A stretch of DNA of 34,967 nt from a virus. Its lineage: Duplodnaviria > Caudoviricetes. Shown in pieces: positions 16,270 through 23,394 of this stretch. The DNA is taken from positions 1 through 34,967 of IMG/VR virus record IMGVR_UViG_3300006103_000043, one strand, 5' to 3'. Numbering within the stretch: position 1 is the first letter of the stretch; the number at the start of each line of letters is the position of its first letter. A program made the translations under genes and the position numbers. Under the pieces are notes generated by a model, which made no database searches, was not told where the DNA came from, and was given only the letters and a program-made list of their open reading frames with translations.

Positions 16270-17137
16270 TGTTGTCTCTCCCTTGGTTAAATTCTTTCCA
16301 CTGATTACAAAAGTTTCGGACGTTGCAAAAACTCTCACATCGCGTTCGCTGACCCGGCCTAACTTCAATGACATCACCCTTGGATAATGCGGCATGCGCC
16401 TCTTCCTCCGTGTTCCATACTGACTTGGCTCTTACTCCACCTTCTTTCTTTACCGCCCAAACGGTCGGCTTTTCCCACATCTGCTCAGGAGTGCAGTAGG
16501 GAATCTCTTCGCCCGTGATCCGTGCAAACTCTGCTGCTGAATGGAGTTTGATCTTTTCGCGGATGAAATCTTCTTGCTCTTGGAACGTCCAGAGCGGAAT
16601 GTCTATAACCTTGATAGGTGCTTCTGGATACCCTTCTTTGGTCGTGGAATCTCTGCGGCTCCAGTCACGAATGATGGCAACGATCTCCAGACCTTTGACG
16701 TTCGACCCTTTCACCTTCTGAACTAACCAACCATAGATGTTGAGTTGGTATTCCCAATCCTTCTTCTCATTCATCACCGCCCATGCACCAGTAGTTTTAT
16801 AGTCAGAGATGATGACGCCATCCTCGTAGTGCCGCTGTAGGTCGATGGCTCCAGAAATCTGCCAACCCTCGAACTCCGCATGCAGTCTTTCCTCGACGGT
16901 ATGGTGCTTATCCTTGCCATGCTCCAGTACGCCATGAATAGCCGTACCAAACAGGCTCCAAACCATTTCAGAAGCGTCCTGCTCAAGTTCATCCTGATGT
17001 TGAATCTCAAGCTGGAATATTCGAGGCGACTTCAACAAACCAGTTGCGCTGATATTCGCGTTTCCCTTACTGTATGTAGGCCGTCTGAGAACGTTTACTA
17101 TCGTCTCCGGCAGATTAAATTTATTTGTGAGTATCAT
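16256..17137 (-). CDS. PD-(D/E)XK RecB/Cas4-like exonuclease
   Basis: GTAIH...EER...ISGAIDL...DYKTT...QLNIY and a C-terminal RCxxxCxxxxxC cluster. Start MILTN at 17137 with AAGGAGAC RBS. Partner of ERF. Confidence 0.8.
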   Translation of the reverse strand: MILTNKFNLPETIVNVLRRPTYSKGNANISATGLLKSPRIFQLEIQHQDELEQDASEMVWSLFGTAIHGVLEHGKDKHHTVEERLHAEFEGWQISGAIDLQRHYEDGVIISDYKTTGAWAVMNEKKDWEYQLNIYGWLVQKVKGSNVKGLEIVAIIRDWSRRDSTTKEGYPEAPIKVIDIPLWTFQEQEDFIREKIKLHSAAEFARITGEEIPYCTPEQMWEKPTVWAVKKEGGVRAKSVWNTEEEAHAALSKGDVIEVRPGQRTRCESFCNVRNFCNQWKEFNQGRDNNGEL

Positions 17138-17158
17138 AGTGTCTCCTTTAGGAAACAC

Positions 17159-17188
17159 ATTGTACTCACACTATTTCATGTGTTGCAA
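17159..17188 (-). promoter_or_regulatory. Sigma70-type promoter of the leftward recombination operon, overlapping a TGCAACACATG operator-like motif
   Basis: TTGCAA-18 nt-TACAAT on the minus strand. Confidence 0.55.
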
Positions 17189-17198
17189 GGAATATTTT

Positions 17199-17525
17199 AT
17201 GTCGGTTACGCCTACCCAAAGAAGCATGAAACTCATGCGTGATCGCGGTTATCACGTCGAGGTTGTCGAGAAATGGAATTCGTTTACCAAGACTAAGAAG
17301 GATCTGTTTGGGTTTATAGATGTGCTTTGCATCAGCGAGGGTAGCGTCGTTGGGGTGCAGTCAACCAGTTACACAAACGTCGCAGCCAGAGTGACCAAGA
17401 TTCGGGAGCACGAATTATATCCGGTGGTGCTCAGTTCTGGAATACAAATACTCGTGCATGGATGGCATAAGAAGGGAAGGTTTTGGGAAGTCCGGGAACT
17501 TGACATTCGGGAAAGTGTGGTATAG
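17199..17525 (+). CDS. Small PD-(D/E)XK-fold nuclease (Holliday-junction-resolvase-like)
   Basis: MSVTPTQRS...GY.VEVVE...DLFGFIDVL...VGVQSTS...VHGW. AAGGA RBS before the ATG at 17199. Confidence 0.6.
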   Translation: MSVTPTQRSMKLMRDRGYHVEVVEKWNSFTKTKKDLFGFIDVLCISEGSVVGVQSTSYTNVAARVTKIREHELYPVVLSSGIQILVHGWHKKGRFWEVRELDIRESVV

Positions 17526-17526
17526 T
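17500..17526 (+). promoter_or_regulatory. Extended -10 promoter (TGgTATAGT) with upstream TTGACA
   Basis: TTGACA 17500-17505 and TG-n-TATAGT 17518-17526. The spacer is only 15 nt, so the extended -10 is the stronger signal. Confidence 0.5.
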
Positions 17527-17532
17527 GCGCTC

Positions 17533-17596
17533 GTCTCCTCCCTTGGTGAGTTACTTACTCACATCGCCCCCGTCGAGTATTCCGGGGGTTTTTTTT
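17533..17596 (+). ncRNA. Candidate ~64-nt small RNA with anti-Shine-Dalgarno 5' seed (GUCUCCUCCCUUGGU)
   Basis: Promoter directly upstream, hairpin GTGAGT/ACTCAC, intrinsic terminator. Seed is complementary to several phage RBSs. Confidence 0.5.
17566..17596 (+). terminator. Rho-independent terminator
   Basis: GCCCCCG-loop-CGGGGGT followed by a T-run to 17596. Confidence 0.8.
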
Positions 17597-17653
17597 AAAT
17601 ATACCTAGAACATAAATAAATGATCGTGTCAACCCGATTTTTTTGTTTTGTTA

Positions 17654-17692
17654 AATCAATGACTTGTATCTTGCCCACTTGAGCAAGATAGA
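17654..17692. repeat. Copy 1 of the 25-bp palindromic element (17668-17692) with adjacent IHF-consensus site (17654-17666)
   Basis: ATCTTGCCCACTTGAGCAAGATAGA is the exact reverse complement of 26071-26095. AATCAATGACTTG fits WATCAANNNNTTR. Confidence 0.85.
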
Positions 17693-17753
17693 CCTTTTTA
17701 AAATTGCTCAAAAATTAGTTGCATACTGGAGCTTAGTGGACAATAATTACGTT

Positions 17754-17930
17754 GTCTGATTTTGGCGGATCAGGCGTCGAGAAAGTAGTAAAAAACCCCG
17801 TAATGTTTAGGTGGGGTGTCAGGACTGAAGGCGGTTCCCATTCAAAAGATGGAAAAAGTCTACTTTCTCAGCGCCCAAGTCTGCTCACGCCAGAGCCGCC
17901 CCACCTAAGCCTTGCGGGGTTTTTCTTTGT
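17754..17930 (+). ncRNA. Structured leader RNA with UUGGCG loop, long terminator-like stem and alternative pairings
   Basis: Stems 17791-17803/17912-17924 and 17805-17818/17897-17910. Hairpin 17754-17776. 10-bp complement 17779-17788/17860-17869. Confidence 0.6.
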
Positions 17931-17937
17931 GCGATCA

Positions 17938-18187
17938 GACTGCAACAGGTTTATGCGTCCAGATAGCATTGCTCGGTTCGGCCTGTTGTAGTTGTGCTAG
18001 TAGAATGATTCATCACACTAGCGATGGCGGTTGTAGGCGCAAGCCTGTAGGGAGCCAGATGTGGCCTGATACTGAGGTAAAGTCCCTAACCGAATGGTAA
18101 GTATCTATGCGTTCGGCTCGCGGTAACCACACGGATACCTCAAGAAACAACCAAACCTATCTACTCAGATGGGTTTGGGTTATTTTT
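17938..18187 (+). ncRNA. Multi-stem, possibly pseudoknotted RNA ending in a terminator
   Basis: 12-bp stem 17938-17949/17982-17993, GCAA-tetraloop hairpin 18031-18050, several further complementary pairs, terminator hairpin 18151-18178. Confidence 0.45.
18151..18187 (+). terminator. Rho-independent terminator
   Basis: CCAAACCTATCT-ACTC-AGATGGGTTTGG followed by GTTATTTTT. Confidence 0.6.
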
Positions 18188-18243
18188 GCTCACGTTCCCA
18201 GCCGTTTCCTAAGAAACACTATTACGATATAGGTATATAGTTT

Positions 18244-18387
18244 ATGACCGGGGCCTGCCCCTGCGGGGGTCACCTCCGCGAAAATACGCACCAACGCAAA
18301 GACGGTACGATTGTTGAACGCACGACTTGCGGGTCGTGTGGCAGAACAGAAGTGCGGTTCATTATAAAATATATTGCAAAGACATGA
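18244..18387 (+). CDS. Small Zn-ribbon protein, 47 aa, not in the ORF track
   Basis: MTGACPCGGHLRENTHQRKDGTIVERTTCGSCGRTEVRFIIKYIAKT, with CPCGG...CxxCG knuckles. RBS is weak. Confidence 0.45.
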   Translation: MTGACPCGGHLRENTHQRKDGTIVERTTCGSCGRTEVRFIIKYIAKT

Positions 18388-18413
18388 AAACAAATGTTAC
18401 CATGTGTTTGCAA
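18374..18413 (+). promoter_or_regulatory. Promoter of the replication operon within an inverted-repeat operator
   Basis: TTGCAA-18 nt-TACCAT. Arms TTGCAAAGACATG (18374-18386) and CATGTGTTTGCAA (18401-18413) are 12/13 complementary. Confidence 0.6.
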
Positions 18414-18431
18414 TTAACAAAGAGGGATAAC

Positions 18432-19280
18432 ATGATTGATATAAGCAAGATTCGCATAGATGGTGGTACGCAACCCCGACAGAACATCAACGAAACGGTA
18501 ATTCAGGAATACGCAGACTCCATACTCGAAGGCGCGACGCTTCCCCCGGTAGACATATTTTTTGATAGCACAAACTATTGGTTAGCTGATGGATTCCATC
18601 GGTACTTTGCTTATAAGAAAGCGGGATTAACAGAAATCCCTGCTTTGGTACGTAATGGTACGCAGCGAGATGCGATCTTCTTTAGCGTAGGTGCAAATGC
18701 AACTCACGGTTTGCGCCGTACCAAAGACGATAAGATTCAAGCGATCCGTACAGTATTGGATGACATGGAGTTTTCAGACGCAACGGACGCAGAAGTTGCC
18801 AAGCTAGTGAACTTATCTAGACAGGCCGTTCAGCGTTTACGCAATGAAATGGGTATAGAGGAAAAGTCAAAGATCGTTAAGCGTGGTGATCAGACTTTTG
18901 TGCAAGAACCCCGCAAGCCAGCTAAGTTGACTGAGCCCAAGACTGAAGAAGCCAAACCCGCTAAGGAACCAGTCAAAGTCGAAGTGGTGCTGGAAGACAC
19001 CAAGACCATAGAACTTGCGACCCAAGTTACCGAACTTGCAGACGAGAACGAAAACCTTCGTGCTCAGTTATCGGTTCAACAAATGGATGCAACGGAAGAA
19101 GAAAAGCTGTCAGCATTGGAAACAATTAATGCCTTACGCAAACAAGTCAAAGACCTTGAGCGTGACCTAGCAGCAGTTACATCGAGCAGGAATGACTTCC
19201 AACAAAAGAATGCGGAGCTTATGAAGCAAGTGACATTCTGGAAGAAGAAAGCAGAAAAAGCAGAAAAACAAGCAGCCTGA
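18432..19280 (+). CDS. ParB/Srx-like N-terminal domain protein with HTH and coiled coil
   Basis: GTQPR...LPPV...WLADGFHRY.A, HTH-like TDAEVAKLVNLSRQAVQRLR, C-terminal heptads. Start moved to 18432 (GAGGG RBS). Confidence 0.8.
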   Translation: MIDISKIRIDGGTQPRQNINETVIQEYADSILEGATLPPVDIFFDSTNYWLADGFHRYFAYKKAGLTEIPALVRNGTQRDAIFFSVGANATHGLRRTKDDKIQAIRTVLDDMEFSDATDAEVAKLVNLSRQAVQRLRNEMGIEEKSKIVKRGDQTFVQEPRKPAKLTEPKTEEAKPAKEPVKVEVVLEDTKTIELATQVTELADENENLRAQLSVQQMDATEEEKLSALETINALRKQVKDLERDLAAVTSSRNDFQQKNAELMKQVTFWKKKAEKAEKQAA

Positions 19281-19315
19281 CCGAAGCCGAGGCGGTTCCT
19301 CGGCAGGGAGACAAC

Positions 19316-20791
19316 ATGGATTTATCGCTACGCGAACATCAGCAGGATGTCGTTCAAAAATTGCGTGACGGATTTAAAGCAGGACACAAGAGGCAGTTGC
19401 TTTACGCGCCGACAGGATTTGGTAAGACAGAAGTAGCCATGCACCTTATGAAAGCGGTAGCGGATAAATACAACCGTGCAGCGATGGTGTTAGATCGGAT
19501 CGTACTGGTAGATCAAACCTCCCAGAGGTTAGCCAAGTACGGTATAGATCATGGCGTGATGCAGTCTCAGCATTGGAGATGGAGACCTTACGAAAGGTTG
19601 CAGGTCTGTTCCGCACAGACGCTCGAACGCAGGAAGGATTTCCCGCACTTCGATTTAATCATAGTTGATGAGTGCCACATCTCACGCAAGGCCACGAATG
19701 ATTGGTTGTTAGACAATCCCGATATCAATGTCGTAGGGTTGACTGCTACACCGTTCAGCGCAGGGCTGGGAAACCTATACTCGAATGTTGTGAGTGGTCT
19801 GCCGACCGAGCAGCTAATCAACAAAGGTTGGCTAAAGAAGCTGAAGGTTTATATCTGCAAAGAGATCGACATGACCGGAGCCAAGAAGGTTGCCGGAGAG
19901 TGGTCAACTGGCGATGTAACAGAATCAGGTAAGAAGATTACGGGTGACATCGTAGCCGAGTGGATCAAGAAAACTCATGAAGTTTTTGGTGAGCCCCGCA
20001 AGACGATTTGTTTTTGTGCGGGGGTTGAGCATGGAAAAGATTTGGAACGCCAGTTCAAAGAGCAGGGTTATAACTTTGTCTCGATCTCTTACAAAGAAGA
20101 TGATGAGTTCAAACGACTGACCATTGAAGACTTTGCCCGACCGGACACAACCATTAATGGATTGATTGCGACTGACATCCTCACGCGAGGGTTCGATGTT
20201 CCAGACGTTATGATTGGCATTTCGGCTCGACCTTTTAGCAAGTCTCTATCCTCACACGTTCAACAGATGGGACGTGCCATGCGCTCGTACCCAGACAAAG
20301 ACTTCGCAGTATGGCTTGACCATTCGGGTAATTACATTCGCTTCATGGAAGATTGGGATGACGTGTATTCCAACGGCGTGAGCGATCTGTCTACCGAGGG
20401 CGAGAAGGCCAAGAGGGAACCGACTGAGAAGAAGAAAAAGGATTGTACTTGTCCTAAGTGCAAGGCGTTGATGCTTGGCCCCGTCTGTGCGTGTGGATAC
20501 GTTAGATTGCCCACACAAACGGTTACAAGCGTTCCGGGTGAAATGGTTGAGCTTGGGCAGGGTAACGCGGCTAAAGACGCAAGTAGACAGTTCTACGCAG
20601 AGCTTATGACCTATGCCCGCCAAAGAGGATTCAAGATTGGTTGGGCAGCGCATAAGTACAAAGAGAAACACGGAATCTTCCCGCCGAAGTTCTGGAATGG
20701 CGATCCTCCCAGACAGGTATCGTTGAGCACGAGCGGTTGGATTCGGAGCAGAAACATTGCGTTTGCAAAATCAAAAGCGAGAGCAGCATGA
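19316..20791 (+). CDS. Superfamily 2 DNA helicase (YejH/UvsW-like) with C-terminal Zn finger
   Basis: LREHQ Q-motif, APTGFGKT, DECH, TAT, RGFD, QQMGRAMR, CPKC...CACG. Confidence 0.9.
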   Translation: MDLSLREHQQDVVQKLRDGFKAGHKRQLLYAPTGFGKTEVAMHLMKAVADKYNRAAMVLDRIVLVDQTSQRLAKYGIDHGVMQSQHWRWRPYERLQVCSAQTLERRKDFPHFDLIIVDECHISRKATNDWLLDNPDINVVGLTATPFSAGLGNLYSNVVSGLPTEQLINKGWLKKLKVYICKEIDMTGAKKVAGEWSTGDVTESGKKITGDIVAEWIKKTHEVFGEPRKTICFCAGVEHGKDLERQFKEQGYNFVSISYKEDDEFKRLTIEDFARPDTTINGLIATDILTRGFDVPDVMIGISARPFSKSLSSHVQQMGRAMRSYPDKDFAVWLDHSGNYIRFMEDWDDVYSNGVSDLSTEGEKAKREPTEKKKKDCTCPKCKALMLGPVCACGYVRLPTQTVTSVPGEMVELGQGNAAKDASRQFYAELMTYARQRGFKIGWAAHKYKEKHGIFPPKFWNGDPPRQVSLSTSGWIRSRNIAFAKSKARAA

Positions 20792-21573
20792 CATTTTTAG
20801 ACTTCGCACAAAGCTGCGGATTGGTTGTTGAGTATGTGATTGAGGACAGATGGGTTCGGGTTCCAACGATTGATCATCCGCACAAGCAGAATGGCTCGTA
20901 TAAATTTGTAGGGGATGCAGGATGGGTGCAGAACTTTGCCACGATGGAATCCCCTGTGTTGTGGAAGCCCAAGAACTTTGTACCGGATGATCGGTGGCTA
21001 ACCCGTCGCTTGAAAAACGAAGCTGATCAGGCCGCGAATCAGGCTCTAGCCGCTAAGAAAGCTGCATCCATCATGGCGGCGGCAGAGAGAGCGCACCATC
21101 CATACTTGAACGCGAAAGGATTCCCAGAGGCGCGGGCGTATGTTTGGAAGGATATCTTGGTGCTACCTATGCGGATCGGTAGCCAGCTAGTCGGTTGCCA
21201 GATGATACAACCGGACGGAACCAAAAGGTTTCTGAAGGGGCAGAGGACGAAGGGCGCGAGTTTGCGGATAGATGCGAAGGGGCGCGAGATATTATGCGAG
21301 GGGTTTGCGACTGCCCTTAGTATTCGGCGGGCCATGAAGCACTTGGGCGAAAGATACTCAATCACGGTGGCTTTCAGCGCAGGGAACATGGTAGAGGTGG
21401 CAAAGGGCATAGGTAGCTTGCTAGTCGTAGCGGATCATGATGTGGCAGGGATCAACGCAGCCAAAAAGATTGGCGCGAGGTACTGGATCGGGGAAGAAGG
21501 GCAGGACTTCAACGACTGCGAGCAGTCACAAGGAACTGTCGCAGCCGCTGAAAGTTTGGCTCGTTTTTTATAG
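20788..21573 (+). CDS. Toprim-domain DNA primase-like protein
   Basis: YL.AKG, LVLPM, ILCEGFATALSI, VAFSAGN, VADHD..G, DFND. ATGA overlap with the helicase. Confidence 0.85.
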   Translation: MTFLDFAQSCGLVVEYVIEDRWVRVPTIDHPHKQNGSYKFVGDAGWVQNFATMESPVLWKPKNFVPDDRWLTRRLKNEADQAANQALAAKKAASIMAAAERAHHPYLNAKGFPEARAYVWKDILVLPMRIGSQLVGCQMIQPDGTKRFLKGQRTKGASLRIDAKGREILCEGFATALSIRRAMKHLGERYSITVAFSAGNMVEVAKGIGSLLVVADHDVAGINAAKKIGARYWIGEEGQDFNDCEQSQGTVAAAESLARFL

Positions 21574-21588
21574 GTAGCTAACCAGTCG

Positions 21589-21774
21589 CTACTCATCTCT
21601 ATCTTCTGGTTCGACCAATTCCATATCGACAATTCTAAGGTCAGGATCGGTTAGCTCAAAATCCATCTCTGATATGTCTGCGCCCGCTTGTTCGTATGCA
21701 TCATCGATATCAAACGCGGTTATGTAAAACGTATCGGTATACGTCAGCGTCATTCTGCATTCATAGCGTGGCAT
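21589..21774 (-). CDS. Small acidic hypothetical protein
   Basis: 61 aa, AAGGA RBS, very D/E-rich. Confidence 0.65.
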   Translation of the reverse strand: MPRYECRMTLTYTDTFYITAFDIDDAYEQAGADISEMDFELTDPDLRIVDMELVEPEDRDE

Positions 21775-21784
21775 GGCGTCATCC

Positions 21785-21946
21785 TTATGAAATTTGAGTT
21801 ATGTTAATAACTTTGTAGGCGGGATATGCTTTCTCGGCTTGTAATTCTGCATGGTCGACATCCGTTGCTTTGCACTCAAAAGTAACAAGAAAACGATCTT
21901 CAATGAATTCTCGCAGGGTAACGATAAAAGCTGAATAGGTTTTCAT
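21785..21946 (-). CDS. Hypothetical protein, 53 aa, not in the ORF track
   Basis: MKTYSAFIVTLREFIEDRFLVTFECKATDVDHAELQAEKAYPAYKVINITQIS. GGGGAGG RBS, ATGA overlap. Confidence 0.65.
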   Translation of the reverse strand: MKTYSAFIVTLREFIEDRFLVTFECKATDVDHAELQAEKAYPAYKVINITQIS

Positions 21947-22110
21947 TCTGCTGCCTCCCCATAGTACGAGCGTATTGCTTCAATTCCCAAGTAAGAAAGT
22001 ATCGCTTCTTCTAAATTCATTTCATCCCAATCAAAAATGCCTCTGGCCTCATCCTCGTTTATGTAGTCCATTAGGTAGCTTGCCAGTCGCTGCGCGTTGA
22101 TCTCGCTCAT
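21943..22110 (-). CDS. Acidic hypothetical protein, 55 aa, not in the ORF track
   Basis: MSEINAQRLASYLMDYINEDEARGIFDWDEMNLEEAILSYLGIEAIRSYYGEAAE. GAGG RBS, ATGA overlap. Confidence 0.65.
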   Translation of the reverse strand: MSEINAQRLASYLMDYINEDEARGIFDWDEMNLEEAILSYLGIEAIRSYYGEAAE

Positions 22111-22349
22111 GCTGCCACCTCAACAATTAAATAACCGTCATGTTTAATTGTAAAAAATTCAATTCGGTGGTTTTTTGAATGGTGCCGCGAAACCTCCAAG
22201 TAAACCACTGTTTCGGTTTCCTGCCAGCCGTTTTCAATACTCTCAGCCCACGCATTTACGATTGAGTCGGTTGGGATAATGTTAGTGTACTCGTTAAGAA
22301 TGTTATAAATTTGATCCAAACCTTCGGGCGTAATAATTAAAGTTTTCAT
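22107..22349 (-). CDS. Hypothetical protein
   Basis: 80 aa, GAGGAGAC RBS. Confidence 0.65.
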   Translation of the reverse strand: MKTLIITPEGLDQIYNILNEYTNIIPTDSIVNAWAESIENGWQETETVVYLEVSRHHSKNHRIEFFTIKHDGYLIVEVAA

Positions 22350-22360
22350 TCTGTCTCCTC

Positions 22361-22693
22361 TTAGAATTGTTCAAACAAAATGGTTGTAGCAGTTTCGCCA
22401 ACAACGGAAGTTCTATCTGACAACCAATCAAAAATTAGCTGATTGTCATCCTCGTCATCAGGATCAATAAACTCGGATCGATCTAAGTCGTAATCGTCAA
22501 TAATCTCGTCACGCGTCATTTCAACGTACTCGCAGCATAGCCCGATCGGATCAAATTCTATTTCTTCCCCTAATTCATCTTCTAAATTTTCAAGATACTC
22601 AAACAAAATACCAAGCCCATCATAAGTAAAATTTGTTCTTCCCATTTTTGCGAAGGCATCTCTAAAGTCGTATACGTTGACTGTTTGTTTCAT
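22361..22693 (-). CDS. Highly acidic early protein (FRDAF...LFEYLE...EFDPIGLCCEY family), DNA-mimic candidate
   Basis: 110 aa from MKQTV with ~31 D/E versus 7 K/R by manual count. AAGGA RBS downstream of the ribozyme. Confidence 0.7.
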   Translation of the reverse strand: MKQTVNVYDFRDAFAKMGRTNFTYDGLGILFEYLENLEDELGEEIEFDPIGLCCEYVEMTRDEIIDDYDLDRSEFIDPDDEDDNQLIFDWLSDRTSVVGETATTILFEQF

Positions 22694-22726
22694 TTTATTT
22701 TCCTTGGTTGTGCGCTCTATTGCGCG

Positions 22727-22797
22727 GGTTATGACCGCATCCCTGCGGTTTCGGCTCTTAAAGCCCAAGCGGGTAGCTAACCCGTCGTCAGATAACC
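22727..22797 (-). ncRNA. Type I hammerhead ribozyme, variant with a 19-nt core insertion
   Basis: Minus strand reads GGUUAU-CUGACGA-[CGGGU UAGCU ACCCG CUUG]-GGCUU UAA GAGCC-GAAA-CCGCA GGGA UGCGG-UC-AUAACC. Confidence 0.75.
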
Positions 22798-22804
22798 TTT
22801 TTTG

Positions 22805-22936
22805 TTACATTGATAAAAAAATCACTACCCATACATAAACTGCAATCAACGCAGCAAGCCCGCCCACGATCTGAACCCAAAGTGGGGGTGGTGGTGTAAT
22901 GCCTAGCCGTTCATATCGGCTGATTGAATCTTTCAT
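22805..22936 (-). CDS. Small single-pass membrane protein, 43 aa, not in the ORF track
   Basis: MKDSISRYERLGITPPPPLWVQIVGGLAALIAVYVWVVIFLSM. AAGGAGAC RBS. Confidence 0.65.
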   Translation of the reverse strand: MKDSISRYERLGITPPPPLWVQIVGGLAALIAVYVWVVIFLSM

Positions 22937-23000
22937 AATGTCTCCTTTTATCTTCTGCATTTTCTACACATACACTCAGCGGTATGACCTAGTAAGTAAA

Positions 23001-23354
23001 TCATGCGGCCTCCTTCGCCATATCAGCTAAAAATTTATTAAGCGCGGTATCGGCCTCCGCAGTCGCGCGAAAGATCATGTCTCCCCAATAGTCGTTTAGG
23101 TTTAGAAAATCTTTTGAGTTTTCATACAAACAACCGCCTAGATAATCGGTTCCGAATTCGTGCCCGCCGATGAAAACCTGAACGCGGGCGCAAAACCACT
23201 CCCAAACTTCACGATCAATTTTGTCCACGATCTCAGCTATGTTATGACAAGTATCGTCAAACAATTCAGCGGGATGAATCTCCTCTGGTCGGATGCTAGT
23301 GACGATTTCATACTTCCCTAAGTGGTGACGATCTATTTCATTCCAGTTATCCAT
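23001..23354 (-). CDS. Conserved phage hypothetical protein (WFCARV...DYLGGCLY)
   Basis: 117 aa, acidic, AAGGGAG RBS. Confidence 0.7.
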   Translation of the reverse strand: MDNWNEIDRHHLGKYEIVTSIRPEEIHPAELFDDTCHNIAEIVDKIDREVWEWFCARVQVFIGGHEFGTDYLGGCLYENSKDFLNLNDYWGDMIFRATAEADTALNKFLADMAKEAA

Positions 23355-23372
23355 TTTTAATTCTCCCTTTAT

Positions 23373-23388
23373 GCGCCCCGAAGGGCGC
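23373..23388 (-). other. GC-rich cUUCGg hairpin between genes, without U-tract
   Basis: GCGCCC-UUCG-GGGCGC immediately upstream of an RBS. Confidence 0.6.
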
Positions 23389-23394
23389 GGTTAA

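Noticed and set aside
16256-17137. Cas4-like gene as evidence of a CRISPR-Cas system
   Set aside because: No cas1/cas2 or array. The context (ERF, SSB-like) indicates a recombination exonuclease.
17752-18100. ORF-track ORFs 17752-17991 and 17912-18100
   Set aside because: Non-ATG starts without RBS, and the region is better explained by RNA structure. A leader-peptide role is not fully excluded.
22455-22461. CUGAUGA on the minus strand as a possible third hammerhead
   Set aside because: It lies within the acidic CDS (encodes PDD), with no stem II/GAAA/stem III arrangement following.
22694-22768. N-terminal extension of the 135-aa ORF (MGFKSRNRR...)
   Set aside because: The extension runs through the ribozyme. 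The ATG at 22693 has a proper RBS.
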